A stretch of 34,404 nucleotides of DNA from Diploschistes diacapsis. Its lineage: Eukaryota. The DNA lies in NCBI GenBank assembly GCA_023645945.1, contig JALAIB010000084.1, positions 1-34,404 on the forward strand. The letters run 5' to 3'. This document shows positions 1 to 12,430 of the stretch, in pieces; position 1 is the stretch's first letter, and each line of letters begins with the position of its first letter. Below the pieces are notes generated by a model. The model saw only the letters and a program-made list of their open reading frames with translations, was not told the origin of the DNA and did not search any database. The position numbers and the translations under genes are program-made.

Positions 1-100
1 ATCGAACTTCGTCTGACCTAGTTGCTGCCCACCTCACTTGCTCATACTCTGTTTGAATCTTCAATACTCATCGCGTGAATGGAGGATGAGAGTGGCCTGA

Positions 101-3100
101 CTAGGACTCTGTACCACCATACTCGCGTAGGACCGCCACCAGATCATGATATTCGTTCTGTATTGCACACCACAGAGCTGTCCGATCGTCTTTGTCCTTG
201 ATGTACACGCTTGCGCTCCTTTTCGGGGAGCAATCTCACCGTTTCCTCACGGCTATCTTCTTCACGTCTCTTCTGGTAATTGTGCACCCCAGGGGCTTTG
301 AAGTCCTCTTGCTCTATCATGGCGAGATCTCTTGAATCACAGACACTCCTTTGTGTAGTGGTGTCCTAAAGGCGGCTCAGGATCTATTGCGTTTCAATCG
401 TATAGGTATCTTGATGGCCGAGGATCAGAGCACAAGAGTGGTGTCTCGTAAAGGCTTGCGTCCGGATCTAGTACCCACTCTATTTCCCACTCTTTCCGAC
501 TACAGGCCGAGCAGAGGAGTGTGACACCATCCTCGTCCACAGTATCAAGATCCGCGTCATTCTCGATGAGTAATCTGGCCACATTTAGGTGCCAAAGTTG
601 TGCGGCTAAGGAGAGCGGTGATCTTCCAGTGGCATCTTTGATTTTGGCCTGCGCTCCAGCGCCAGAAAGGACGTCACGATGCTAAGGCTTCCCCCCCCCC
701 TTCCCTTACCAGCAGCGCAGAACAATGGTGTTCGCTCACGGTGATCACATGAGTCGATTTGTCGCTCAGCGCCGTTGTGCAAGAGCAACTCAACAACATC
801 AACACCCTGGTTACATACTGCATTCATTAAAGGCGTATACCCTTTGTCATCTTCTGCGTTGACTTTGGCTCCATGATCCAGTACTCGTCCAATAAGCTTT
901 ATCATTTCGCTATCCCTCGAGCAGCAGCAACGGAGCCAAACCAACTCTTATCCGTTTGATGTATATTAGCGCCATGAGTTAGGAGCAGTTGTTGCTACGT
1001 TAGTCTTAGACCGTTCTATGACATATGCTAGAAGCGTACTACCACGATGATCCTGGTGGTGAATGTCTGCGCCGTTCGCTAAAAGCAAATTTATCACGTC
1101 CAGATAACCCTTTTGCGCGGCGAAGCACAACGGCGTTGAACGAGGCCTGTCCCAGAATCTACCTTCCCTCCCTTTCTTATTAAATATGCAGCCAATACTG
1201 TGAGACGGAAGAAAATTGTCAGGAAAAGAGGATCTACTCATTCAGGGAGACCCCAGGGTTTTACAAACTCTCCGCTCATCCAAGCTTGATAAGCTTATGA
1301 TTTGGGAAAGCAAACATTTTCTGGTAATCCCATTATGGTATCTGCACTGTCAAGAGCGGCCTTTCGAAATGATCCATCCAGTAATATGCCAAATATCGTA
1401 AGAATGTTCTGCCACAAACGCCTGTGTCAAAGTTGAAATACCGAATGCAGATTTCTGCCGGCCCCCTTTCGGCTTCAACTGGTTGAATGGAATATTTCCA
1501 CGTGTGTAAGCCTCTTGCAGGGCTATCCTGGTGAGTAGACGAACCTTCATCCAGCACCAAGAATTCCCTTGCGGTTTGGTGGAGCAAATAGATTTGCGAA
1601 TCAACGATCGTAATGAAGAGCCCGCAGAGATCTCTGATTGTTTGTCGAAATCGCTTTTCACGCTCCTCTTCAACGTCGCGGTAGGATACCTGTTTATCGT
1701 TAATCGCTAGAACCAGTGACATTTCGGCCAACGAAAGGGGATGTCGAGCTGCAACAACGACCTAAGGAGCTCCACAGTCTTGGCAACGCCCTTGCTTTCT
1801 CCCCAGGAGCTTCTCGTAGGCCTCATCAACAGTTCGTGGAAGGCTGTGGATACACTCTTTTACGTTTCCTGGCGTGAACCCCGTAATGTTTGGACAACAT
1901 CTAAAGTAAGAGTAACTCATAAGTCCAATTTGACATCTTGCGAAATTCGTTCTGGAGGAAGGTGCGCTCGTCTGGTTCGAGGCGAAGCTTCCTGCTAATC
2001 TCGTGGATTCGGGTTTGAACGACGAGGTCAATCTCACGCACGATCATGCCTGCTTCTGTTTCATTTTCCTCACTCAGATGGATACTGATTGCTTCTGTTC
2101 TTAATCCTTCAAATTCGCGAAGGATTCGGGGCAGGGTCTGCTTGTTGCAAGTATCTTGATTGTACCCTAGAAAGCCTGTATAAGCCCGCCCATTGCATCA
2201 ATGAGTTGCCGTTGATCATAAGTTTCACAATCATCCAGAGCATCGAGCACGCACACGACAGCCCTGTTTTCGGACAAAATCTGTATGAAGGCCTCTCATA
2301 TACCTCAAAAGGATTGGCAAATTTTATCACCGTCTGCATTAATTCTCTGAACAAGCCTGGCGGCCGCCGTGACGTTGTTTTGCCAGATTGCTTGGCGAAG
2401 CAACGCACAAGCGGCATTAACAACGGTTTCTGATTATCACAGCCATCTTTAGAGAAGAAATAGCATGTTATTCGATCTCCAGTGGACTAAAGGTCCTCGT
2501 CGACGAGATACCTCGCTAAAGCAGATTTCCCGCAGCCAGGATCAGCACAGACGACCAACAGACTCGATAGTCCAAGCCTGGCCCCCTGTTTGGATTTGTC
2601 GTGATTTGTGAAGCTTTTGCAGGTTCCTAGAACCCGTTTTCGATTCCTGTTTTGCGATCCTGATACGGACAGCTATGAAGAATTTGCAAGCAGTGACTAG
2701 ACTTCTCATCCTTAGCATTGGCCTCTTCCTTCTTTATATACTCAAGTAATTTGTCATAAATATCTTGCGTCTGCTTATGCTGCCTTTCAGAGACTTCTTG
2801 CATCATGTAACCATCAACCAGTTCTTGAACTTCAAGCAGCGACTCTCGGGCTGATGGATCTCCTCTGGGATTGTTCACCAACCATCTCGGCGTAACATGC
2901 CATTAAGTTGAGCAGCTCTGGGTCTCCGCAAATGGCACAATGCGCGAGCTTGAAACTCAAGGATCTGCATTTATAGCTCCGTTATACTGTTTTCGAGGCT
3001 GTTCTTCAGTTTCAAAGCTTTGTGTGGTAGTAAAGACGAGGCTGCTGCTTTTGACCGGTAGAGGTCTTCGACAATCGAGAATCGGTAAATTATATTGGAT

Positions 3101-3871
3101 ATATTCTCTGCTCCTTCCAGCAGCATAGAGCGTTCCTCTGACGCCAGATTGAGCGTCTACGGAAAATCAGTGTCGAAATACACAGGAAAATTACAAAAAT
3201 ATCGTATGACAAACAAGATCTCCTTGCAATTCTGCTTGACTTCAGACTTTCAGGATTTTCATAAAGACTATTCATGAATGAACGAACTGGAACATACCGA
3301 AAGGATGAAGAACGCCCCAGCACAAGCTACTGCAGCAAGCGGATTAGACATAGCAGCGTCGTTTAGGACGTCCTTCATGTATAGTAACTTCTTACTAGCT
3401 TTGAAGAACACCGTCTTCGCTGGGCCTACTTTCAGTAGCCAAGTTTTCCTCTGCTGCTGACTAACTTCCACCTCGAGCAACTTGTGAACCTGATGTTGGA
3501 AACGTTTAGACTGCAGTTCCGTACCGTGCTCTTTTTCCAGGATCTCGGGATGTGCTTGATAGATGTCCTTCTACTTATCGTCTTCCTGTAGCTTCTTCTC
3601 GGCTCGCTTCCATAGATTACTCGTGTCTGCTCCAGATGTAACTGGGTGAGCTTTGGAACACTGCCTCTTCGATTGCCAATTGGGTCTCACCCCGCTTCCA
3701 CAAACTACATAGCTCTGATTCAGACCGAGCTGAGTGAGCTCTGGAATGGTTCGACTCTCTGATTCGTAATTCCGTTATGTCAGACATCGCAGGATCTGCA
3801 GTTTCCCTCAAAAGTGAAGCGGACTAGAGACTTTTACTCGGCTTCCTCACAGCCCATCTCTTCAATCTCAT
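101..3871 (-). pseudogene. Degenerate fungal NLR-like gene: NACHT_N (NWD-type) N-terminus, NACHT NTPase, winged helix, ankyrin repeats
   Basis: Manual translation across frames: probable ATG 3871; N-terminal 'NLWKRAEKKL...NPLAAVACAGAFFIL'; 'RVLGTC' then Walker A 'LLVVCADPGCGKSALARYL' (~2560-2505); Walker B 'VVCVLDALDDCE' (~2259-2224); 'ILATSRP'; 'LPRTVDEAYEKLL'; 'AARHPLSLAEM'; 'IRDLCGLFITIVDSQIYLLHQTAREFL'. Ankyrin motifs (TPLCFAAQKGYLDVINLLLANGAD, TPLMNAV, TPLFCAAGKG) end with 'DRTALWCAIQNEYHDLVAVLREYGG' and a stop at 103-101. In-frame TAG stops at 3826, 3573, 2489, 2169 and 1764, plus several frameshifts. Confidence 0.9.
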
Positions 3872-5040
3872 GCAGAACGACACGGTGACTGCAGTATGGC
3901 GAATAAGAAAATATTGACCGCCGAAGAAGGCTTTTCTTGGACGCACTTAGTCACGGAAACCTCAAGCTTGAGATAACGACGTTGGGAATTCGGCTCAAGC
4001 TCACCAGATAATGTCCGAAGTCCTTGATTTCCAAGGTTGACTGCGGTAATTAGAATATATTTATGATTGGATTCTCCCTCTGGTTCCTATAACTTGCCAA
4101 TTTCTTCGTCGGAGCTTTGACCACCACGCCAAAGCTTGCTCGAAGCACCCTCCTGGACCTCTCCAGCAAGCAGCCAGGTTATCGAAACATAGATCACTAC
4201 CAGAAAATAGTAAAGGGAAAGTAAACAAATATACCTATGCCGTAGCAGGTGGGGTTGTAGTGCAGGGTGTAACTTCAAATTTGACGTAGCAAACAACTTC
4301 AAACGTTGTGGCACCTACAGCCAGCCAACCGAAATCGCCTGTTGTGTTGAAGACGTTGTGCACCAAAGCAAGCAAGGTTTCGGTGAGTTGCACGATGTTG
4401 AAAAGCAAAGGGGGGGAACTTTAAAGTATTTTTCTAAAGGTGACGCTAGGAGGTGACGCAACGGTCCTGCTTCCGAGGTTCCGCCTTAGGGTCGGTAGAG
4501 CGGAGGTCAATATGAGTACGCACTCGAAGGCGAAGACGCTTGATAGTGAACCTTTCAAGTTGATTCAATTTCTGCATCGAAATGCTAGCTTGCGTTAATC
4601 ACCATTCAGTGCTTGTAGAAAAAGTAATATACGGCGGGCGAGGGTGTCACCAGAGCCCCAGAATAAATGCCACTTCTTGAATCCCAGATGTGCAGAAAAC
4701 TATGTTGGTGAAACACTTGCTCTTCCATTGTAGACTGGCTTTAGTTTGAATATTACTAGTTATATTGGCCTGGTGCGGTTTCAAGCTACTAGAATAGCTC
4801 AACCATATCACTGATGATACTCGGCAGCAAAGCGGTCCATTTTTTGGTTGAGATTCTCTTCAAGTGGCCATGGGTTCTCCGTCTAGACGCTGGTAAGTAT
4901 GTAGCACGCTTGATCCACTAGATCTACCTGTCATTGCCTCCGTCCCGTTCGTCTTCTTTGTACATTGCTATTACCTGCTAAACATTCTTCCGAACCTCCG
5001 CCGCTCTGGATATCGATCCCTATCTTTGAAGACTCTGTTA

Positions 5041-8000
5041 TTAAGAGAAGTATGCGCGGACTGTTTGCTGAGTTTCGGGCTGTAGGGTACTCAGAAGTGC
5101 ATCCGCGTTTATGCCTGTTGCCTGCACCAGAACTTTCGCGGCGTTTGTTACGTTTTGCAGAGTCTGTCCTTGAATTGTTTCAGCTTCGAGAGCGTGGCAG
5201 ATGGCAATGAATGCCTTATCTGCTGCTGCAAGTACCACCGGATTTCGTCTATTACCCGTTAGCTTACGATCTGCTACCCATATGCAAAATCTAAACTTAC
5301 TGCTCGATGAGTTTACTAAGGAACATATAAGCAAACGGTGCAGCTTCTTCGTCATTAGCCACTGGCAGGGTTGTGATCCATTGTGTTATCAAATCCTGGA
5401 GATTTGGTAATTTGTCCGAATGCGCTTGCAGGATTTTGGCAATGCTCGCACAAGCATTTTCGGTAGCAAAAACATCGTCATCGCTACGGGCGTTGGGTAT
5501 CTGGCAGACTTGTAACAAGGTCGGTAAACTCTCAATCACGAATGGTGCCCACGATGGCCCGCCCTTCTGTGCAACAACTCCGACGCCGTAACATGCTGCC
5601 TGCCTATTTGCTGGATTCTCGTCGCGCATACCGTCCATCAGCGGCTGTCGGATATGTTGCTGGTAATTCCAGCTTTGGTCACCACAGAACTCTAACACAT
5701 CGTCCATTATACATAGTGCCCACTGCCTCTGTGTAGGATCTGGGTTGGTCATAAAGGCGTTGTAGAAAGGAAGCATTCGTGACCAGGTAGGAAGGAACGA
5801 AACTCCCTGGTTCTTGAAAATGGTGTGAAAGGCTTTGTTCATATCCGACAGCAGGGTCTGATCATCTTCTATGGCGAACAGGATCTCTTCCGATTCCTCC
5901 TCACCATCTTCTGCATCTGCCTTATCTTCTTGCCTCTTTCGCACCCGAATCTGGTATTCCTCGAGAGTAGCTTTCGAAGCTTCAATAAATCGTTCCATGT
6001 GCTGCTGAGTAAGAGAGCTCTTGCCTAGAACCTCCACAGACTCGTAAAAACATTGATACATTTCTGCGAGGGTATCAATAGCCAGTTCCGGAGTTAGGAC
6101 TCCCAGTAGCTTTTCCAACGTAGATTCCCAAAGCTGCACTAAATCCTGAGATCGATCACCATGTGCTTTCTTGTAAGCGCTCAACAACGCTGGCACACTT
6201 TTGGCCGATGCGACTCGAACAGGATCGTGAAAGAAAAATGCAAGTCCGGGTAATGAGACGTTGTGCATAATGTCAGCAACGTACGGTTCAAAAGCGGCTT
6301 CTAGCTGTTGGGCGTAGATATGGATAAGCTCAATGGCAACATGCTTGTCCTCAAGAATGGATGTCTTGATGCCAATAACTTTACCCTTTAGGGGCACTAG
6401 CTCCCAGCCTTCTTCCTGCTCGTAATTGGCTATCTCCTGGTCGTCATCCAGTAATGTGATATCTGCTTTAGCTTTTGCAAGTTCCAGGAGAGGTGGCATG
6501 ACATCAGGAAGATACGGGACGAAGTCGCTCTTTAGCACCCGGCACATCCGGCCCCAACAATGCAGTAAATATTGCGCCTGCGGATCATCAGGCTCCGTTA
6601 CTCTGCTCTGAATCATTCCTAGAAGCTGAACGAGATGAAGAGCGTCCTGTCCCATCCGCTCTCTCCCTACGGCTAGTGCAATGAGTGTGGCACACTCCAT
6701 AGCCTTTGCTCGGAGAAGCCGGTACTCTTTAGACTGCTCCTCCTTCAAAACATTAAACAATAAAGGCATTAGGGTATCGTAGTATTTTCCAAAAGCAGTT
6801 TCTGCGGAGTCGGCGATGGTAGCAATAGTAGAAAGCGCTTGCTCGATGACATAGCGCTTCGGACTTTCCAAAAGCTTTAGTAGATGACCAAGTAAATCGT
6901 TGAGATACGGTTCGAGCGTCTCCTTTTCGGCTTCCTCGCAAAAGTTAACGAGAGCGGCTGCGGCGTGAGATTGTACGCGCGCCTCCGGAGCGTCGAGAAC
7001 CGGAATGATGTTGGACAAAACAACATTATGGTATTTCTCCTGCATCGTTCCAGAAAAATCAGTGCTCATCTGACCAAGCGCATTGCACCCAGCCCAACGG
7101 ACCCGAGGATGAGGATCGCAGAGAAGCGGTACAACGAGGTTCAGAACCTGGTCAAGCTCGCCGATCATCTGGTCGCGACAACCCTCCGAGATGGCCGAAA
7201 TGGCCATCAGAGCAGCATGACGATCTCTCCAGGCCAGTGACTGTAACATCCGCGGGAGCCAGGCAAAGGTTGGGCCGAGCAAGGTGAGACCCCCCAATTT
7301 GTTTGCAAGACGGTCCATGCACTGTTCCCCTGCCACATGATTGAGATCACTCTCTTCGTTTTCAAGCTAGGCACCCATTAGAAACTACCGATCGTACATA
7401 GCCTACAACACTCACATCATCCGCCGCCATCCATTCCAATGCATCATCATCATCTAAGCCAACATCGGTCATTAAACTTAGGCATTGGGTTACCATGTCA
7501 GATGTGTAAGATTCGTCTTTCCGGCACATGGCTGGACTGTAATCCGCGAACGTGGCCATCAACTCAAGCGCATTCTGCCGAGACTGATCGCCAAGCTCCT
7601 TATTTTGTATTACAGTCACGCTGAATTGGACAAGGCGACTGAATAGACTTTTGAACATGTTAGGAGCAATCTCCGCAAGCTCTATCAAAGCAAGGAATGC
7701 TTTCGTAAGATTATCGGAGTCTGCTCTGTCTCGAAGAGGGGGGAGAATGTTGAGTATGTCTCCCACAGCGCCGTAATATCGCTTCTGCGATTTCTTTTCG
7801 ATAGCCCTGAAAAAGGAAGCAAAAGCTTCCATAGCAGCTATTTTGACCTACATGGGTTAGCTAGCAAACCGCAGACCTACTGAGTCTAAAACCAACGTCA
7901 ATGTCATCATCCTTGAATCCCTTAACGAATGCGCTCTGAACTGCATCCTCGTGCTGTTTTTCAATTATCCCGGGCGTTGTCGCAAATATCCTGAAGGCGC

Positions 8001-8605
8001 CCTCCCTTTGTCCGGCTTCGGTGGACTGACTTGCTTGAAAGAGTGCGCCGAGAAGCTCGGTCCATGACTGGCCTGTAGCGTATCAATCAAAAAGGTTCCC
8101 TTCGATCGCGCAGAGTTCTCTCGTGGAAGCATACCATCATCCGAGTACTGTCGCGCAATCTCCGCAACGGCATCTCCCACTTTGTTTCTCACATGGCCTA
8201 TCGTCTCAGACTGCATGCATAGCAAAAGTCTGCTCCGAATGGCAAGTTGTTGCGGTTCCTGGAGTGTCATGAACAGCTCTGTCGGGTCACTCTTGTTCGG
8301 CACTTTGCGTGTCTTGTTGGCCATTCGACGGAAAAGCACAGCTGCAAACGACCGCGTCTGCAGTCAAGCGTTAGCAGGTTTGAACCATAGATATAACATC
8401 GAAATAGGCCGGCGTGTCTTACCGATGGATCAGGAGAATCGTGCATCTGCTCCACCAAGCCCATCAGAAGAACATCTGGTCGGCCAGCTACCCACTCGGT
8501 ATTGAGTTGCTCTTCAGCTCTGGATCGAACGTCATTTTCTGAAGACGACAATCCAGTGAGAAGCTGAGTGAGGACGTTGTGGATATCTGCGCCTAGGACC
8601 GACAT
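5041..8605 (-). CDS. PSE1: Importin beta-3 / karyopherin Pse1 (Kap121, importin-5 family), 6 exons
   Basis: Exons 8605-8423, 8357-8135, 8072-7897, 7847-7416, 7366-5301, 5248-5041; all introns GT-AG and frame-preserving. HEAT-repeat motifs 'WRDRHAALMAISAISEGC', 'DPHPRVRWAGCNALGQMSTDF', 'RVQSHAAAALVNFCE', 'LLRAKAMECATLIALAVG'. Confidence 0.95.
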
Positions 8606-9049
8606 TGTTGGAGCAGCAGATGAATGAAGCTTGAAGCTATTCTTGCAACTGCTACACCTTATTGTCCGGGCGCAGGCGCAACGTCCGAGCAGTACTCATT
8701 TGAACCCCGGCGCCGAGGTGTATGTGTGCGACTACACCTTTATATAGATGGGTTCAGGCGATGCAAGGCCTCTTGGACGCGTAAAAGCTTCTTATTCACT
8801 AAAAAGTTCGTGGGGTGTTTATTGGGATCATTGCCCAACCTTCCTAGGGCTGACTGCGGACTCCGCCGGTTATGCCGGATCCGCTCATGGAGCTGGAGGG
8901 CTCCGACAAGCTATCATGTTGGGATCAACCTGTTTTGAACATATAAACTCTCCTTGCATAATCGTTTTGAAGCCAAGAACATTCATTTCATTGACATTAC
9001 TACTACATCGCTACAAACAGACAAATACAGCAGCATGGGTATATATGAG

Positions 9050-9215
9050 TTAGCGACTGCTTGCTCGACTGATAGCAAAAACTCCAATAATTACCACAGC
9101 CAGTGTTACAATCGCGCCGGGAAGAAGTAGATCCTTGGGTACTCCTGCAATGACTTGCTCTTCTGGCTTAGGCTGAGCGACTGCCTGCTTGCGCTGTTTC
9201 CTGGTGGTCCTCTTT

Positions 9216-9248
<33 letters not shown>

Positions 9249-11231
9249 GCCGAGTAATGTCTTCGCCGCTCCCTAACTTCGGAAGCTGGTGGCGTTGGCA
9301 ATTTCGAAAGGCCAGGCTGAGGATCGAGCGTTGCCGTCATCGGCGGCTTGTTCGGATCATGGACAAACAGATCCACCTTGTCTCGGTGACTGCGATGGGC
9401 TAGCATGATTGCGTCAAGGAGGTCCTGGTCTGTAGTAATCGAGACAGTATCGCCTTCATTGTCAAGATAGCTCAGAGCAAAGCCTGTGACACCAATCTTG
9501 CCCTCTTCAAAGCTAGCAGGTCCCCCAACAGCGTCAACTTCAGAACCTAGCTTGGCAGCAACGCTTGAGATAAGCTCGGCGAGGCCTGAAGATGCTGCAA
9601 CCTGAAGTCTGTGAACTCTGCCACTTGGCGTTTTAAACTTAAAAGGGAAAGGCACATCCTGAACTACAGCCGGTGCTTGTTCGCCATCGTCTGAATGGGC
9701 ATTCTCATCTCCTTGGTGGGAAGCAGACTCATTTGGCAAGACACTATCACCTCGTTCCAACATCGGAGGCCGGGCAGAGGCATCCGGAGACGTAAGCGAG
9801 CGACCTGGCGTAATTGGCCGGTGACTACCCTCTCCAGAGACCGCCGATTCTGTCTCGTGATCGAGGGAAAGCCAGAATTTGTTCCAGGCCGGACCTTCAC
9901 TATCACCTGTGGACATGGTGTTAATCTGCGCATGTTAGCGATAAGTCAAGTTTCAGCCGGACTCTTGTACCTGTTCTAACGTGGCATATGTCAGCTTCAG
10001 CACGTCGACCATGCCAACAATCTCGCCTGGATCGTTCATAACAGGCAAATTGAGGTAATGACCGTCTGACCCGAATTAGCATTACGCGTGGAGAATGTTG
10101 GGCCTCGCTGCTTACCATGCATCTTTCGTAATGCAGCCTGGATGCTCATATCCATAGGGGCGAAGTCGGGATGAGGCGTCATCACCCGAACGACACTGCA
10201 CGTGGCTGGATCAAGGCCGGGAGCTATGACACGGAGAACCACGTCTTTGCTGGTGAAGATACCAGTGATTGATCCTTGGTCTTGCACGAGGACGGCAGTC
10301 GTGTGGTTCTCCTTCATGAGCTGGGCTGCTTCCTTTACAGATGTGCGGACCGATACAGTCGTAGGTGGTAAACCATTCAGAACAGACTCGAGAGTAGGGC
10401 CGGACATTTTCTGCCGCAGTGCTTCAACATATTGTATGATCTGCTGTGGCTGGCTGGACCCGAGTTCTGTCTGTACGCCCTCTAAAGCATCGTATAATTT
10501 TCGAGAAGAACTGTAAGCCCGTTCAAGCTTTTCCATGGCGTCGTAAAAGCACTTGGTGATATCCAGAATACCAGAAATATCCTGATTTTCGTCCATGACA
10601 GGCAAATGACGGAACCCTTTTCGCACCATGAGGTCCAGAGCGTCGGTAGCACTTGTATCAGTACGGGCACAGAGAGGATTTTTGGTCATGATGTCGGATA
10701 TGAAAATGTCCCTGGCCTTGATCCCAGCACCCACGACCCTGAAGGCAAGATCCTTTGCTGTGAAAATACCGGCAATGCGTTCGTCGTCGTCGGTTACAAG
10801 TACACAGTCCTCACGCTTGGCGGCCATCAGCTGAGCGGCCTCGGCAACCGTAGTATTGGGCTTGATTTGTAGAGCTGGACTAGGCTTGAGAGCTAAGACA
10901 GTGCCTGGGGGAGCTTTTCGAGTATGTCTGGCTCGAGAACCAATATTTTTCTTTTTGCTGATATCTACCTCCATTTTTTTGCGAATAGCCTATGAAATTT
11001 GTCAGCTATGTTCTTCAATTAAGGAGATGAACTTACTTCATCCCGTTTTGATTGTTTCTGCCGACTCGCAGACAACGTCGAGTTTCCCGCATCACTAGAA
11101 ATACCTGATATGGCATGTTCTCCAAGCCTAGGCCTTGGAATGTTCGAAGGACTATTCTCGAAAACAGGTATTGTCCCCCTTCCGCCTCCGCGGTTGGGAG
11201 TACCCCGATATGTACCACCAGCTGCAGACAT
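9050..11231 (-). CDS. CBS-pair x2 + PB1 + C-terminal transmembrane protein (S. pombe Mug70 / plant CBSCBSPB-like), 4 exons
   Basis: Exons 11231-11037, 10989-10116, 10065-9971, 9925-9050 (introns 47, 50, 45 nt). CBS motifs 'GIFTAKDLAFRV', 'GFRHLPV', 'GIFTSKDVVLRV', 'GHYLNLPV'; PB1 'FKFKTPSGRVHRL...LSYLDNEGDTVSITTDQDL'; hydrophobic tail 'LLLPGAIVTLAVVIIGVFAI'. Confidence 0.93.
9215..9247 (-). repeat. GAR trinucleotide tract encoding 11 consecutive glutamates in the CBS-PB1 protein
   Basis: (GAA/GAG)11 read directly from the sequence. Confidence 0.9.
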
Positions 11232-11589
11232 TGTTCTCAAAACTGCTCACTTGCTAGCAAACGGTTTGTCCGAAATGAGACTATGAATCAAGATCTCGAA
11301 GACAAAATAAGGGGAAAAGCTAATGTAGCTTCTGGTTTCCCAGGTGAAAATAAGCTTCAGGAACCGGCATGTGAAGGTAAACATTGAACGCCAAGCCGGA
11401 GCTCTGCCTTGCTAAGTCCGAAATCGCGCTAAACCCTATAGTACGCACTTTATTGATAGCTAACGAGGAAATTGAATATCTTGTAGGACCTCGAAGGTAA
11501 TCTCAGTCTACACGTACGGCTTTGCAGTAAGAGCAATCAAGATCTTCTGCTCATACTCATACTGATGCTTTTGCCCTAGTCCATCCATC
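11232..11589. promoter_or_regulatory. Compact divergent promoter region shared by the CBS-PB1 gene and RPS26
   Basis: Head-to-head start codons 358 nt apart; contains an AAACCCTA motif at 11431. Promoter function is inferred from geometry only. Confidence 0.55.
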
Positions 11590-12151
11590 ATGGTGAAAAA
11601 GCGCGCATCCAAGTCAGTTTAACCAGGTGGGGGAAACCCGTAAGAAAGATATTAACAACTGTGTAGCGGGCGAAACAAGAAAGGCCGAGGCCATGTCAAG
11701 CCTATCAGATGCTCCAACTGCTCAAGATGTACGCCAAAAGATAAGGCAATCAAAAGGTTTACCATCCGCAACATGGTAGAGTCTGCTGCAATTCGTAAGT
11801 GTCGACCTGCCGACACCCAGAAGCAGGTTTGAGGTTGTGACGGATTGGAGAAGCTAATTCTGCTTCGCCTATAGGTGACATCTCCGACGCTTCAGTCTTC
11901 CCCGAGTACACGGTGCCAAAAATGTACCTTAAGTTGCAGTACTGTGTCTCGTGCGCTATTCATGGCAAGATTGTTAGGTTTGAACATCGCTTGTGTATGC
12001 TTTTGTGGAGGACTAGGCTAATCGCACTACCAGAGTCCGCTCGCGCGAAGGTCGTCGGAACCGCGCGCCACCGCCAAGAGTTCGATTCAACAAGGATGGG
12101 AAGAAGATTAACCCACAACAGGCGCAAGGCGCCAAAGGCGCTCAAGCATAG
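11590..12151 (+). CDS. RPS26: 40S ribosomal protein S26 (eS26), 4 exons
   Basis: Exons 11590-11612, 11667-11794, 11875-11977, 12034-12151 splice to [123 protein letters not shown]. Confidence 0.98.
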
Positions 12152-12430
12152 AGGGCATTGATCGGGGTGGAGCACTCAAGCTGGTTGTGAGATGTACTTT
12201 GCAAAGACAATGATGAGATGCGAATGAGCTTGCTTTGTAGGCGCAAGCTAAATTCATCGGCCGTCATATCTCTGTTTGACATTATGCATGTGATCGTTCT
12301 CAAATTCCTGCGCCGAAGGAACCATAGTAGTACATTGGTCTGGTATACCCTTTCCATCTCCAGGCAGATCCGATCCAGCGTCTTTGCTGGTAAGCAGGAA
12401 AATAAAGGAAGTTCTCAACACCATATCTCG

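Noticed and set aside
101..3871. Idea that the NLR's TAG stops are repaired by A-to-I editing or readthrough, making it functional
   Set aside because: The gene also has frameshifts, for example between 'YQDRK' and 'RVLGTC' near 2645 and within the ankyrin region, which editing cannot fix.
11425..11442. AAACCCTA as a telomeric repeat or Tbf1-type ribosomal-protein promoter element
   Set aside because: Single imperfect copy (CCCTAT rather than CCCTAA); too short to support alone.
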